Shown in pieces: positions 1-13,300 of a DNA stretch of 64,000 nt. How positions within the stretch are numbered: position 1 is the stretch's first letter; each line of letters begins with the position of its first letter. The notes under the pieces are model-generated. The model had not been told where the DNA came from. It was given only the letters and a program-made list of their open reading frames with translations, and ran no database searches. This DNA is from Paragordius varius (Eukaryota; Animalia; Nematomorpha). The translations under genes were made by a program, and so were the position numbers. The stretch spans positions 11,284,001-11,348,000 of the forward strand of contig OZ176053.1 of the NCBI GenBank assembly GCA_964247055.1, read 5' to 3'.

Positions 1-63
1 CGTTTTGTTGAAAAAGTGTTGCTTTTGACTAAATGGTATATTAAAAAGTAAAAAAATATATTA

Positions 64-1177
64 CACTAGTCGACAAATTTGGACATTTTTAAGCACCACC
101 ACTCAAACTTTTTAAATTATGACTAATTTCAGTGTTTTAAAACCGAATTTGAAAAAAATTTTGATCCCGCCAATCAGAATTTTGAAATATTATAGGTTTT
201 TCAATTTTTCAAAAACAAGAGAAAATCGAGAGAAAATTAAATATAACTTTATAATAAAATGTTATTATATTATAAACTTAATATCATTTAAAAAAACGTT
301 TTAAACTCTATCTTTTGAATATAAATATGTCATTTAAATATCAGAGAGAAAAAAATAGTACGGACTTAAACGTCAAAATTTAGTCCTTTTCTTTCAAGTG
401 AATTTTTAATACGTATAAAATTTTTTTAAAAAATACTAAAAAAGGGATTCTATGGTTTAAACCTTCGGCTTTCAGATAGGCTATATTTATTTGTTAGTTT
501 TCGTTCTTTCGAGTACTTATTAGACTTTTTCTCTTGAGTTGGTTCTTATAAAAAATTCTTTATTTATACCTAGTGGATATACCTTATTTTTTAAAAATTA
601 TTGGTTGTTTTGTATTTTGAATTTCAGATGGATGTTGTTTAGCCACTTTTAGTAGAATTTACTGTTATGGGATTGGACCATTTGTATTTACCTAATTTAT
701 ATTCAATTTAATTGTATTTATCTAACTTTATTCTGTAAATTGGTTAATTTAACATGAGAATTTGCCTGGATTTTGCTTGCAAGTCTCTCTTATCGGACTT
801 TACGATTACTTATTGTTATCTTTGCCATATCTGGCATAATTGGATCGCTTGGGGGATATGCAGACTTTCACACTATACATAAGCCCCTTTTAGATTTTTA
901 ATACTATGGCTCTTAGCTTGTTTAGTATCTTATTTAATGCCTAGAATTTGTTATCCATGCATGAAAAATTACTTGTATCGACTTGCTTGTTTGAATATTT
1001 AAACATATGTACACGAGGAATGATTGTTATTTTTGAATTAAATACAAATTTAAAAATTAAATTTTGGAAAAATCCTATTGGCGGCCTTAATTTTCTTTTT
1101 TGTTTTGGCCTATCCATGCCATTAGGTATCAGAAAATGCAAAAATAATGGGGTGGTGCAAAACCTTGTTGATCAGTG
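64..1177. mobile_element. Non-autonomous CACTA (EnSpm/CMC) DNA transposon, copy 1
   Basis: Starts CACTAGTCGACAA; ends ...TTGTTGATCAGTG (slightly mutated inverted terminus); flanked by a 3-bp direct repeat TTA (61-63 and 1178-1180); no transposase ORF; near-identical copy at 2395-3535. Confidence 0.9.
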
Positions 1178-1964
1178 TTATCTATTATGCTTATTTTTTC
1201 GAAACTAGAATCCTTTCTGTACTTGGAGAAAATAATATACAATTTTTTATATAAATAGTATAGTTTTTGTAAATAGCATGACTTTTATAATCCAGTGTAT
1301 TTAAATAAACAATTATCCTATTAAACTCTCAAAACAAGTGTTTTTTAACCATATATTTTTTATGAAAAAACTTTCCAATTTTTAAAAATAAAACAAATAA
1401 TTATATTGATTAAGATATTTGAATATTATTTAAGTATCGATTCAAATAAAAAAATAAATACAACGAATTTTGAAAAAACTGTCTTTTAACAAATTTTCCA
1501 CCTTGTCCAATATAATATAACTTACTGATGCTAAATCAAAGTAATTCACCAGAACTATCCGTATTTTAGTGTGATGTGAGAAATAAGATTATAACATAAT
1601 TATTATATTCGATTCACCAATACACCTTTGAAAATGTTTAAAATATCTAACTAAAATACCTTTCTGACAAGCAAACCCCCTCCTGAATATTAACAGGTAT
1701 CAATTATGTTGTGTCATCCCAAACTATAATTAGTTTTTTGATCCTGTATAATTAGTACAATCATTATCTTATGGGAAGATTCTTAAATCAAATATCTAAA
1801 AAGTAATCAAGATATTGGATCAAATAAGCATTTTAACTTTTTAGGCATTCAAGTTTTTAAATAAATATAAAAAAGAAAATCCTCATCTCAACTGTTTCGC
1901 TACCATTTTATTACGATTGTATATCATCTTTAAAAAATGATAATAATTAACTTTGAATAACTTT

Positions 1965-1997
<33 letters not shown>

Positions 1998-2007
1998 ACA
2001 TATGCAG

Positions 2008-2085
2008 CAAATCTCTGGTTAGAGAATTTAAAATTTGATTCAATCGGTATGGAGTTATTCCAGTTTTGGAATCTTGAACCAAACG
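2008..2085 (+). CDS. Possible isolated internal exon of an unidentified gene (xNLWLENLKFDSIGMELFQFWNLEPN)
   Basis: 78-nt open frame between a TGCAG acceptor and a GTATAT donor, phase 1/1, less AT-rich than its surroundings. No homology recognised and no partner exons confirmed. Confidence 0.25.
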
Positions 2086-2394
2086 GTATATATTTTTTTG
2101 GAAATAAAAAATGTTTGTTATAAATATATAAAAATTAACAATTGTAACTGTAAAACTAAATCTTTGGGTATATACCCGAAAATGTAATAAAATATGGAAA
2201 GGCTATCGTGTGCTGATAATAAAAATTCTAAAAAATAAAAAACAACTGACTCTAACACATATTTTTTTATTTTCAGTGAATGCGACACAGATACTCATTT
2301 CTTTTAAGTTTATCTGACTATTTTTTATATAATATACAAGATTTTTTAGTCTCCGTATTAAATTATTCTGGTTCTCATCTAAGTTTTTTTATAT

Positions 2395-3535
2395 CACTAG
2401 TCGACAAATTTGGACATTTTTAAGCACCACCACTCAAACTTTTTAAATTATGACTAATTTCAGTGTTTTAAAACCGAATTTGAAAAAATTTCTAATCCCG
2501 CCAATCAGAATTTTGAAATTTTATAGGTTTTTCAATTTTTCAAAAACAAGAGAAAATCGAGAGAAAATTAAATATAACTTTATAATAAAATGTTATTATA
2601 TTATAAATTTAATATCATTTAATAAAGCGTTTTAAACTCTATCTTTTGAATATAAATATGTCATTTAAATATCAGAGAGAAAAAAATAGTACGGACTTAA
2701 ACGTCAAAATTTAGTCTTTTTTTTTTCAAGTGAATTTTTAACACATATAAAAAAATTTTAAAAAAATACTAAAAAAGGCATTCTATGGTTTAAACCTTCG
2801 GCTTTCAGATAAGCTATATTTTTTTGTTAGATTTCGTTCTTTCGAGTACTTATTAGACTTTTTCTCTTAAGTTGGTTCTTATAAAAAATCCTTTATTTAT
2901 ACCTAGTGGATATACCTTATTTTTTTGAAATTATTGGTTGTTTTGTATTTTGAATTTCAAATAGATGTTGTGTAGCCACTTTTAGTAGAATTTATCGTTA
3001 TGGGGTTGGACCATTTGTATTTACCTAATTTATATTTAATTTAATTGTAGAATTTATCTAACTTTATTCTGTAAATTGGTTAATTGAACATGTCAATTTG
3101 CCAGATTTTGCTTGCAAGTCTCTCTTATCGGACTTTACGATTACTTATTGTTATCTTTGCCATATCTGGCATAATTATAGGATCGCTTGGGGGATATGCA
3201 GAGCGTGTGCAGCCGCCCATATCTATCACACTATACATAAGCCTCTTTTAGATTTTTAATACTTTGGCTTTTAGCTTGTTTAGTATCTTATTTAATGCCT
3301 AGAATTTGTTATCCATGCATGGAATATTACTTGTATCGACTTGCTTGTTTGAATTTTTAAACATATGTACACGAGGAATGATTGTTATTTTTGAATTAAA
3401 TACAAATTTAAAAAGTAAATTTTGAAAAAATCCTATTGGTGGCCTCAATTTTCTTTTTTGTTTTGGCCTTTCCATGCCATTAGGTATCAGAAAATGCAAA
3501 AACAATGGGGTGGTGCAAAACCTTGTTGACTAGTG
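2395..3535. mobile_element. Non-autonomous CACTA DNA transposon, copy 2
   Basis: CACTAGTCGACAA...TTGTTGACTAGTG termini; 3-bp TSD TAT (2392-2394 and 3536-3538); colinear with copy 1 apart from substitutions and a short indel near 3200-3230. Confidence 0.92.
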
Positions 3536-3793
3536 TATAGAAATCTTATTAGTAAATGATGAAAATCGATATTAACAACAAACAAAAGGATATATAAATT
3601 AATATATGTTATAATCGGATAATAAATTCTACCAAGAACCTAAAATATGAACAAAAAATTCGAAAATATTCAACCATACACAACTCTACGAAGAAATCGC
3701 TAAGAATTAAGAGACGTCTGACTTGCGATTCACGGCATTAATGAGTGATTTTTGCGTTGTGTGTTTTATGTTTATTTTGCAGAGAATTTAGGA

Positions 3794-4069
3794 CTACTTG
3801 AATTTTAGTAAAATATTTGATTTTACGAACAATATTACTTGGTTGTAGGGGGATGATTTATGTTTAGAGGTGCCCGTAAGATTTGTATTGGTATCAGAGT
3901 CACCACCAGGCTTTCCCAATAAACTCCTAGTCGAATTTCTGTTTTTCTGCACATTAATATTTTTTTTTGAATTTATATTAAGACCAGGCGTCATTTTGTT
4001 GCGTTGTCGCAACGCTTCGCTATCATCAATGGTAATAAATGATTCCTCGCTGGCCGACGAATTATGCAT
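3794..4069 (-). CDS. Possible exon/ORF of an unidentified low-complexity protein (MHNSSASEESFITIDDSEALRQRNK...)
   Basis: About 90 open codons with higher GC than the flanks and a possible donor (CAA|GTAATA) near 3840; no recognisable domain. Confidence 0.3.
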   Translation of the reverse strand: MHNSSASEESFITIDDSEALRQRNKMTPGLNINSKKNINVQKNRNSTRSLLGKPGGDSDTNTNLTGTSKHKSSPYNQVILFVKSNILLKFK

Positions 4070-5427
4070 GAATAAGCACAATTTTCACAAACCAATCATT
4101 TTTCACGAATGAAATAAATCAAATTTATGAATCGAAAAACTACTTGCTATTACACAATAGATATGAATGATAAATGCTTACATAAATATAATTTCCATTT
4201 CCGAATTGAGAATATAGTTATTATTATTATACATATATTTTATGTCTTATAAATTGATGAGATATTTTTAACAATATATGTAAATCATAGAGAACACGAA
4301 AGAAACCAATTATGATTGAAAAAAAAAGTTTTTTAATAGGGGTCTCGAAGGAAAAAATTACACAATCTGAATAATTGCAACAACTATTTTTTATAGCTTT
4401 CGAATTGTTTTTTCCAAATTACTTTGTCGTTCGTATCATATCATTATTTGCCTAAGGAAGCCTTTTTCAGCCATCTAAATCTGTTTTTTAGCTCTGTTTG
4501 TAAAATCCATAACTAGAAGCACAAGTATGACAAATATTTTCATTTAAGTGATGTATACACATCGTCCAAAAAATCAATATACATAATAAAAGCATATACT
4601 ATGCAACAGCTATTCATAATAATACACCATCGTAATATTTATAATTATAATTGCAATTTTACATCATGGAATAGAGAAGATGAATACGAAAACAATATAT
4701 CTATCTATTTACCTTTTTGTCTTTTGTTCAATTTTTAACGCTAAAAATTAATTAACTTTAATAGATTTTTTGAAGATTTATCATCATACTTGTTATTTTT
4801 GAGCAATGCAAACAATTCACAGGTATATTAGACAAAATCCTCACATATTTTTAATATTTTGATTAGCTTTGTTTTTTGGAATGTAAGTTTTGATCCCCAA
4901 ACTAATAGAGCTCTGAACCGCCCGAAAAAGTAAATTTTTGACTTATGAATTCTTTTCGAATTTTTTTTATATTCCCCACAAGAGTCAGTTGAATAAAACC
5001 AAGTTGGTGCCAAAACTAGGTACTATTTAATTGGTTTTGATTTATTATAAATTTTTTGCAGTTACTATCTTGTATAATAATGTCCATTGAACAAAATTTT
5101 TATTCCAATACCTAGTATTTGCTATGTAGAAATTATTTACTAGAAGTAGTAAAATACAAAAATTTTTGTCAAAATGAGCTAGTATCTACTGGATTATTTT
5201 AAAGTTTATATTTACCAGAGTTGAGCCTAATTTTCATTTTTTCCAAATATTTATATTTATTAGTTTATATTATAATTTAAGCACATAAAAATAACCCAAA
5301 AAGTTGTATTATAAGAAATTATTTTTTGTAATTTGTATGCCTTTCATGATAAAAATAATACATTTAAAGATTAATAATTATAGTAATTTAGAATTGTTTT
5401 TACCTTTTCAAATTTTTGTCCTAGTTT

Positions 5428-5932
5428 ACATTTTGGGGTAGTTTAATATCCCAGAGCTCAATAATGCAATTAAACTACAGTTTTGAATATTAGCTAAAAA
5501 TATAATTATCAAAAATTGTTCTCATGTATTAGATAAAGCTAATTTTTTTACAGTTTTATGACTTCTAGCGTTTAAAATTGGGACCTCCAAAACACGAGTA
5601 AAACAAACAGCTGATATTAATATCAAACTATATAAAGTTTTTGCTGGAGAAATGTAGCCTGAAAGCTTATTAAAGTCAATTATTAACATTTTCTAATTAT
5701 AATATACATTTATTAACCTGTTGTATTAGCGATTTAAAAATATTATAGAAAAAAATGGCGGCAAAAAGGTTTGAGATGATGATTTTTTTACAATCCTACA
5801 TTATAAAAAAATTTTTTTTGTTAATGCGCCTAAACATAAGAAAGCATGTTTTTAAATTCGGCTTAATGCCTAAAATACTTTTTGAGATATAATTTCAAAT
5901 CGTTCTGGGATATAAACTACCCCAAAAGGTAA
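5428..5932. mobile_element. MITE family A (TIR ~TTTTGGGGTAGTTTA-TATCCCAGA), copy 1
   Basis: ~30-bp inverted repeats at both ends; related copy at 9414-9846. Confidence 0.7.
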
Positions 5933-7256
5933 TGGAGCGTTAACAAAAAACGTTTGGCATTAAAATCTTCTAACTTGTTTACGTAATCTGATAATAATAA
6001 AACCAAGAACGATTATTGCCAAATATATAAATATAATTGTTACGAATTTTTTATCCATATGTGTAACCGTTAAAACTATTATTATAGCCATAGTCAAGCT
6101 GAATTAAAACTAGAATAAATGGAGAGATAAAATTTAATATATATATAAATATATAGGGTTGTGCATTTGACTGCTTTTACAAAAAAGTCCGGTCTGACCC
6201 AGTCAGACCATGGTCATGACTACTTTTATCTAAGTAAATACCATGCGATATTGAATTGTGAAAATAATGCTGAACTCCCAAAATAAGCCGAGGAAGTATA
6301 GAATCGATAAACAATAGCCTAAAAAACCGATTGGCACTCACAAAACCGCTATTTATGGAGCAGTTTGATTATCAATATTAGGAAAATTTGACTCAGTAGC
6401 ATCATCCAACCAGCAATAATCTTAGAATTCCCTGTGGAAAAATTAAATAGACCACAATTTTCCATTATTTTTCAAAAAGATTGTCTTCTAAAAAAATAAT
6501 CTGCCAGTACTGTAGACCTGACCATTTATCGTTTAATTACCGGGACAGTGACCGCATTTAAAAACCACAAAGATAATATTTAATATCTGGTTAATACTTG
6601 GTGGCAAACACTGGTTTAGGTTAGTCATTTTCGATATTTTCGGTTTATTTAATTGTCATAAAGTATTCATAAAAAACAACAATTTTATTAGTTAATTTTT
6701 ATTTCTGACATGGACACTAGGGGAAATTGACTTATGACCGTGAATGATTACGCGCTCTTCTAAAACATACTGTATGTTGATTTTTCGTTGGTGTCAAAAT
6801 TAAATTATATTTAATATCTATCCCATTATAATCTGAATAAATATTGACAATCGACTATTTCCTAAAAATCCATTAAACATATTGTTGTTAAATTTAATTT
6901 AAATATAAAAAAGACAATAAACATAAAGTTATGCCCGTGGTAATTTGGTGTGGTAAAATAGGAAAATCGGTATTTTTTTAGTCTTAAATCAAAACAATTC
7001 AGGCCCAAAACGCAATCTAACATAATGGTTCAATTACAACGATATTAAAATCATAGTTAACCGCAAAAAAATGTTTTGACTTTTACAATATTATATTATT
7101 GAGATACAACATTTTTATAAAATTTGAAATCTTATTAAAATAATTGTGTAATGCATTTTATAAATATTTAGCAATATAAAAATTACAAATAAATAATTAT
7201 AAATCATTTCCTGGCCCAAGTAATATAAAATAGTGTATAGTACTTCTGTAACTTAC

Positions 7257-7334
7257 CTCCAATTGATCCCTGTATCGTTTGTACGAATCATTGAGAACTC
7301 TTGACCCCGGAGTCGACGGTAAAGGAATGCCCAT
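7257..7334 (-). CDS. Probable first coding exon of an unidentified multi-exon gene (MGIPLPSTPGSRVLNDSYKRYRDQLE)
   Basis: ATG at 7334, 26 open GC-richer codons ending exactly at a consensus GAG|GTAAGT donor; candidate downstream exons at about 4830-5230 could not be joined unambiguously. Confidence 0.5.
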
Positions 7335-8041
7335 CGATATAAAGGATTAAAAGAGAGTGTATGTATAATGTTACATTACTATCCTTTTGTAAACTCAAAA
7401 TTTTGATATAATGATCAAACAAGATAAACAAAAAATTTTGCCAGCACACAAATTAAAAATAAAAAGAGATCGTCATCAGTACATAATTTATATAACTTTC
7501 TTAAATTTTATGCGCAATACATTAGTTATTATCAATGTGGATGGATCACGCGTGCTTAAGGATCGAAGAAATTTGATATTCCTTACATGTATTCTCGTTT
7601 ATGGACAAGATAATTTCATCAATATATTTGTCAAAGAACTGCCAATTTGTGTTTTGTTTTTCATTAGAGTCATTATGAGCAAAACTGACAAAAAGTGCAT
7701 TTCAACTGCATTAGACGTTTCAATATAAGGTTAAAATACTAAAAAGCATACCATTTATTATGATTATGAGAGTTTGCCTTAACTTTTTTTTCAATATTGT
7801 TGGTGTGTGGTTTTAGTTTATTCTATATATTTAGTCATTGGTGACAAAGAAAGAAAAGGTTATAAATTAAATTAATTGCCAAAATGAATTTGTGTCTTCT
7901 TGTGACTTATGTATCTTTGAATACACACGATCGTTTGAATTTTCCAAGGTTATGTGCGTTTTTATAGTTTTTTATACATTTTCTGTTTGAATGGTCAATG
8001 GATCTGTTCAAGATTGTTTTATAAAATAATAATTTGTATGG

Positions 8042-9240
8042 TTAAACCAAAAAATTATTAAAAAGTTTAGTGAATATATCATATGAAATTTTTTTAATTA
8101 AAAAAATTAAATTATTAAGTTGAGCGGGACATGTATTTGTAGCACTGTGTATGTTAGTGCGGTATCCCCAAAGCGTGTTAATTATTTTTGATTGTGGGTC
8201 ACCGTCTTCAGCTGACCGATAATGTGTTTTGAGGGTATATATCACTCATTCCACCATTCAGTTCGTTTTTGGATGATAGGGAACTGATATTACATGTTTA
8301 ATGTTTCCCGTTTCCATGATTTTTTTAAGCTCCTCAGATGTAAAGTAAGACGCGTTGTCGGTTACTATCATTCTTGAAGATCCAGGTCGACTGAAACATT
8401 CGTCTAGAAAATTTAAGATATTTTTGGTCGATATCATTTTCGATAGTTTAACTTCGACCCATCGAGAATAATTGTTAATAAGAACTATCCAATAATAATT
8501 GCTATCGGGCCTGCTATATCTAGATGTAATCTCTCCCATATTGCTGTATTCGTGTTCCAATTGTATGTGGGATTCAGTTTTCGCATCGGACGGTTTTCTT
8601 GACACTTTTTACATGTATCTACCCCTTTTTTTATGTCGCTTTCCATGTTGTTCCAAAAGACTATTTGTTTTGCTTGTTCGTACATTGCTTTAGACTCGGG
8701 GTGTCCAACATGTAATAATTGTAAGATATTTATTTTTTGAGATTCGGGAATTATTAATCCATCATGCCAATATAATAACCCATATGTATTTTCAATTTTT
8801 CAAAAACTGTGGAATGGATGTAATATTTTAGTGGACCAGTTGTTTGTTCTTAGTGCCCTTACGGTCTGGTTTCTAATATGATCACGATTTATATTGAATA
8901 GATTACTATTGACAAATCTTACAAGTTCTGCTGTTTGAAGGCTTTCTTTGTATTGTTGTTGTGGTTCTGTCGGCATGCGGGACAATGGATCTGCAATGTT
9001 TTCGTGGCTTTTAATGTACCGTAGATTGTAATTAAATTCGCTAGCTTTTATCTAACGTAGTAGCTTGGAATTATTTATTTGGTCTAGTTTACGATTATTT
9101 CCAAACAGCTTTATTAGTGGTTTGTGATCAGTACGGAATAAATCCAGGACTATTTAAATAGCTTTTAGTTTTTCGGTTTTATAATTGTTATTAAATATTT
9201 GGAATTGAACCAAAACTGTTTTATATTCCATTAATCAAAA
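8042..9240 (-). mobile_element. Degenerate Ty3/Gypsy pol fragment (RNase H end plus integrase)
   Basis: Translated motifs TDHKPL, IADPLSRMP, CKKCQ (zinc finger), WERLHLDIAG, TDNASYF, YHPKTN across frameshifts; interrupted near 8695 by a GGGGTGTCCAAC hAT-like end. Confidence 0.85.
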
Positions 9241-9413
9241 ATATGTCGATGGTATCAAGAGTATCATAAAGATGTTACATTGTAATAATATATTTTTATA
9301 TGCCACTTGGGCGATTCATAAAAATCAATAATTAACCTGCAAGTTTGAGATAAAATTTTTTTGGTAATTATATTTTTTATCATTTATTTTGCTAATCCTT
9401 GGGTCCAATAGTA

Positions 9414-9846
9414 TATTGGGGTAGTTTTATATCCCAAAGCTTAATTTTTAAACTAGAGTTTTGAAAGTTATTTTATAAGATTTAATAATAAAACATGTGT
9501 CATGTATTGGAATATCTTATATTTTAACAAGATTGTAACGACAGCTGATATTTAAATGAAAATATATAAGTTTTTGCTGGTAAAATGTAGCCTTAAAATC
9601 TTCTTAGAATTGATTATTTACATTTTCTAACCATAATGCACATTTATATCCCTGTTGCATATAGGGATTAATATATAGGAAAAAAATGGTGAAAAGTTTA
9701 AAATGAGGGTTGTTTCCAATTTTATATTTTTTTTAAAAAAATTTGTATAAAGATTAAAGAAAGCAGATTTTTATATTCGCAACCTTAAATACCTTTTTAT
9801 ATATTCGAATTTCACATCTCTTTGGGATATTAAACTACAACAAAAG
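9414..9846. mobile_element. MITE family A, copy 2
   Basis: TTGGGGTAGTTTTATATCCCAAAG ... CTTTGGGATATTAAACTAC inverted ends; internal similarity to 5428-5932. Confidence 0.65.
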
Positions 9847-10364
9847 ATAAAGTGTTGAAACCAAACCATAATCATCCCATTATTATATAAAAAATTGTTT
9901 TGCCAAATTTAATTAGTTCCGGAATCATTTAGATATGAGCCTTAATAGTTATTAGAATTATATTACTAATAAAATATGTATATATAACCGATCAAATTCT
10001 TTATTAATAGCACCATTCTTGAGTGCGTAAAAGATAAGCAAACTTTATCAAAGACCATCAATTTTATATACACAAATATTTTTGTAAATGACAATGCAAT
10101 CAAAAAGGAATAATTAACTTTCTTATTTTAGAGCTTTTATTTATACTTTTTCTTGCAGCCAACAAATAACATGTATATATATGTACACGATTTACTAAAG
10201 CATCAGAAAATGAAACTATCTATATTTAGCATCATTTACACAATATTATATGTACAAATAAGGAGAACAACAAAAGTTTATATGGGTGGCAAATAGTTTC
10301 AATGTGATATTAATTTCAAACAGGTAATTTAGTGTTTTATGTTTCCTGAATGCGCAATAAATAT

Positions 10365-13300
10365 TTAGGCCCATGCTAAATTAAGTTCTTTACGGGCTGC
10401 CATTCGCTTACTGACGACGGATGCAATCACAAGAGCTATGAGCACTGCTATAATAATCCAACGATCAAAATCATCCTTTAACACATCGAAATAATTAGAG
10501 GGAACTATTCGCGTTGAATACCAATCTAAAAAATATGAGTTACGTATAAATTTACATAATTTAATGAAACAATTAAAAAGTCTCCTTTACACACAATAGG
10601 TATAAATGATAGTTATATTAGGACACATGAAATACGTTTAACATATTTAATTTTAAAAATTATTTGTTATTTACTTATAAAAAATAATCTGAAAGATGTC
10701 CAGCTATGCAATTAATAAATCAAAATTAAATAATATACCCAATCCATATGCTAAAATGAGCGAAGTAGACTCAAGACCAGTTGGGGTAACATCTATGCCT
10801 AAAAATGTAAATATTACCGTTTGGGTATATAATTAATATAATTTTTGACTCATCTAAATAAAAATTTTGATATATTTTTCATATCGTTCGAATCAGCAAA
10901 AAAACTAAATTTTTAATGATTCAAATGCGTTTAATTTATTAAAAAAATCACCCCATACAACACATTCATTTTATTCCTTCGATTCAAATTGAGGTAGTTA
11001 AATACCCAGGCCTGTTTAAAAATAAATTTTCTAAAAAATATGGAAGAAAATCAATCCACGGCAAAATTTTGCACTTATATAACATTAATAAACCGGAATT
11101 TATAAAAATTTTATGCAAAAATACTTGATATTACTTATGTTAAGCTAAAACCGAAAGGTAAAAATTTGGTCAACAAGACATGTATGCAATGGTAAAATTG
11201 AAAAATAATGCGAAATAAACCGCTTTTTCTATTTCTATCAATGTTAGATGTAATTTTAAAAAAAAATCAGCTTTAATTTTACCCTTAATATTAAATGAAG
11301 ACGATATTCAAAAATTTTGTAAAATAAAAATGGCGTCGAAGTAGTTTGACATGGAACTTTTTTTACAAACCAAAATTTTATTTATATATTTTGGTATACT
11401 TATATAATTATTATTAGGATATAAGCATAAATTTAAATTGGGTCCGTCTATCAGTAGTTTTTTAAAAATCCTAACTCAAATTTAGTCTTAGGTATTTAGA
11501 TTCCCCAATTCGAATCGAAGTGTTAATTACCCTATATATCAAAATCATTATATTCTTTCAACTGTAATTATAAATACAGAAAGCAAAAAATAAAATCACT
11601 ACAATAGATGTAAAATATAAAAAAACTTGAGTTTAGTAGTATCAATCAATTTTGTTAAATTAAATGAATATAAAAAAGGGCCGAAAAATCCATATATAAA
11701 AAATATAAAAAAAAGTAGCTTTGCTCAAAGACATTAATAACATTATGGGTTAATACAGTAGCGTATGGCGTAAAACAATATTAGTCCATAAAAGAATAAA
11801 AAAATGTTTTTTTTAAAAAAACAAGGGGATATTATAGATATGGTGTATTTACAACTGGGATTGTTTTTTGAAAAAAAAAACATTTTTTTATTCTTTTATG
11901 GACTAATATTGTTTTGATCCATAGGCTACTGTATATCATCTCGATATAACTTACTTTGTATCCCCTCCACAGACTGGTTATAATTGATAATTTGATGAGT
12001 GTAAAAAGGTATTTCGGGTATATAATGGATTTGGGGTGGTATGCTACACATAAATTAATATATCATAAAATTTAATTTTAGCATGGTTGACCAAAAGATT
12101 ACATGCGTAAACAGTAATGAAAAAAAAAACAAAATGTTGAATAAACAATTATTTCCTTTCTTATTTTTCATACGCTCCTGTGTTGCAAATTTTCTTACTA
12201 ATAAGCAACCATTAAAATGCAACTGTATTTTATGAACACAAGCCTTAAACAGCCATTAATATGATTGGGGAATATCACATTACCATTAAATAATAATTAA
12301 AATAAAGGTTAAATCATAAAATGATGGTGAAAACATAAGGTGTTGTAATTTTATTGTATTGCAAAAACGGTTTTTTAGATATAAATTTTTTTTAAAACAT
12401 TCACTTTTATTTTTAAAGATATTTATTTTCAAATATAAAAACTTGTGTTGTGATTGGAACATGTAAAATTGATCTAATTGTTCACGGCTAAATTCGTATA
12501 TTTTACCATCGGATAAGGCAACTAAAAATAATTAAATATTTTAGAAGTAAAGATAATAGATTAAATAATATTTGAGGTTAAACCTAAGATTTTCTTTTGA
12601 GTAAGTCCTAAATCAGTAAAAGTGGTTGATATGGCTGTAATATCACAATGAAGAGGAAATATAAAGGATCGGGCTTCTATTGTTGGAATCCTTAAAATTG
12701 AGATATTATTTTTTTATTTCTATCCATAAATTTTGTAAATTGGAGCACATTATGTATGAAAATAATTGGTACAAATTTCGATATGACAAAATTTATAATT
12801 ATAAATAATCAGATGGATGGGATAACAACTTTTATAAAATATATCAATTCGATTATATGAGCTTAACGAATGTTACATAAAAAAATTATAAAAGAAAACA
12901 CATACTTTTTGAAGGGGTTTAATGAGGAAAGCGTGTATGGTTTATCAATTTTGTTACCCTGAAACATGTATATAATGGCTATTTCTCTCCTCCTGTATCT
13001 TGAGCTATAGTAGGTATACTAAAAGATGATAATTATTATATATTATATACCATTTACAATTCAAATTCCCCCTCAAATAAAATATATGTTTTTTGATTAA
13101 ATACCCATATTTTTATATATTTTTAAAAACAAAAACTTAGACTTAAATTAAATTTAATTGAAAAAAAAAATTAACTATGCCATAAAGATATATTGCATAT
13201 TAATAATGAGTTATATTAGTTCGAAAAGGAATTTAATTTTCGAGGGTGAATTTGAATTTCGAGGGTGAATTTGAATTTCAAGGGTGAATTTAATCTGTAA

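Noticed and set aside
119-3505. ORFs of 61-86 aa repeated in the two CACTA copies
   Set aside because: No transposase motifs and AT-biased composition; they recur only because the element is duplicated.
3700-3780. GC-richer stretch with an Sm-site-like GATTTTTG, considered as snRNA or SL RNA
   Set aside because: No recognisable U-snRNA or SL secondary structure or conserved motifs.
7411-7728. 105-aa plus-strand ORF
   Set aside because: No recognisable motif or splice context; lies beside a decayed Gypsy element.
13240-13290. Short ~18-bp direct repeats superficially like a CRISPR array (also 38205-38280)
   Set aside because: No unique spacers, only 2-4 units, part of a dispersed MITE family, and a eukaryotic context with no cas genes.
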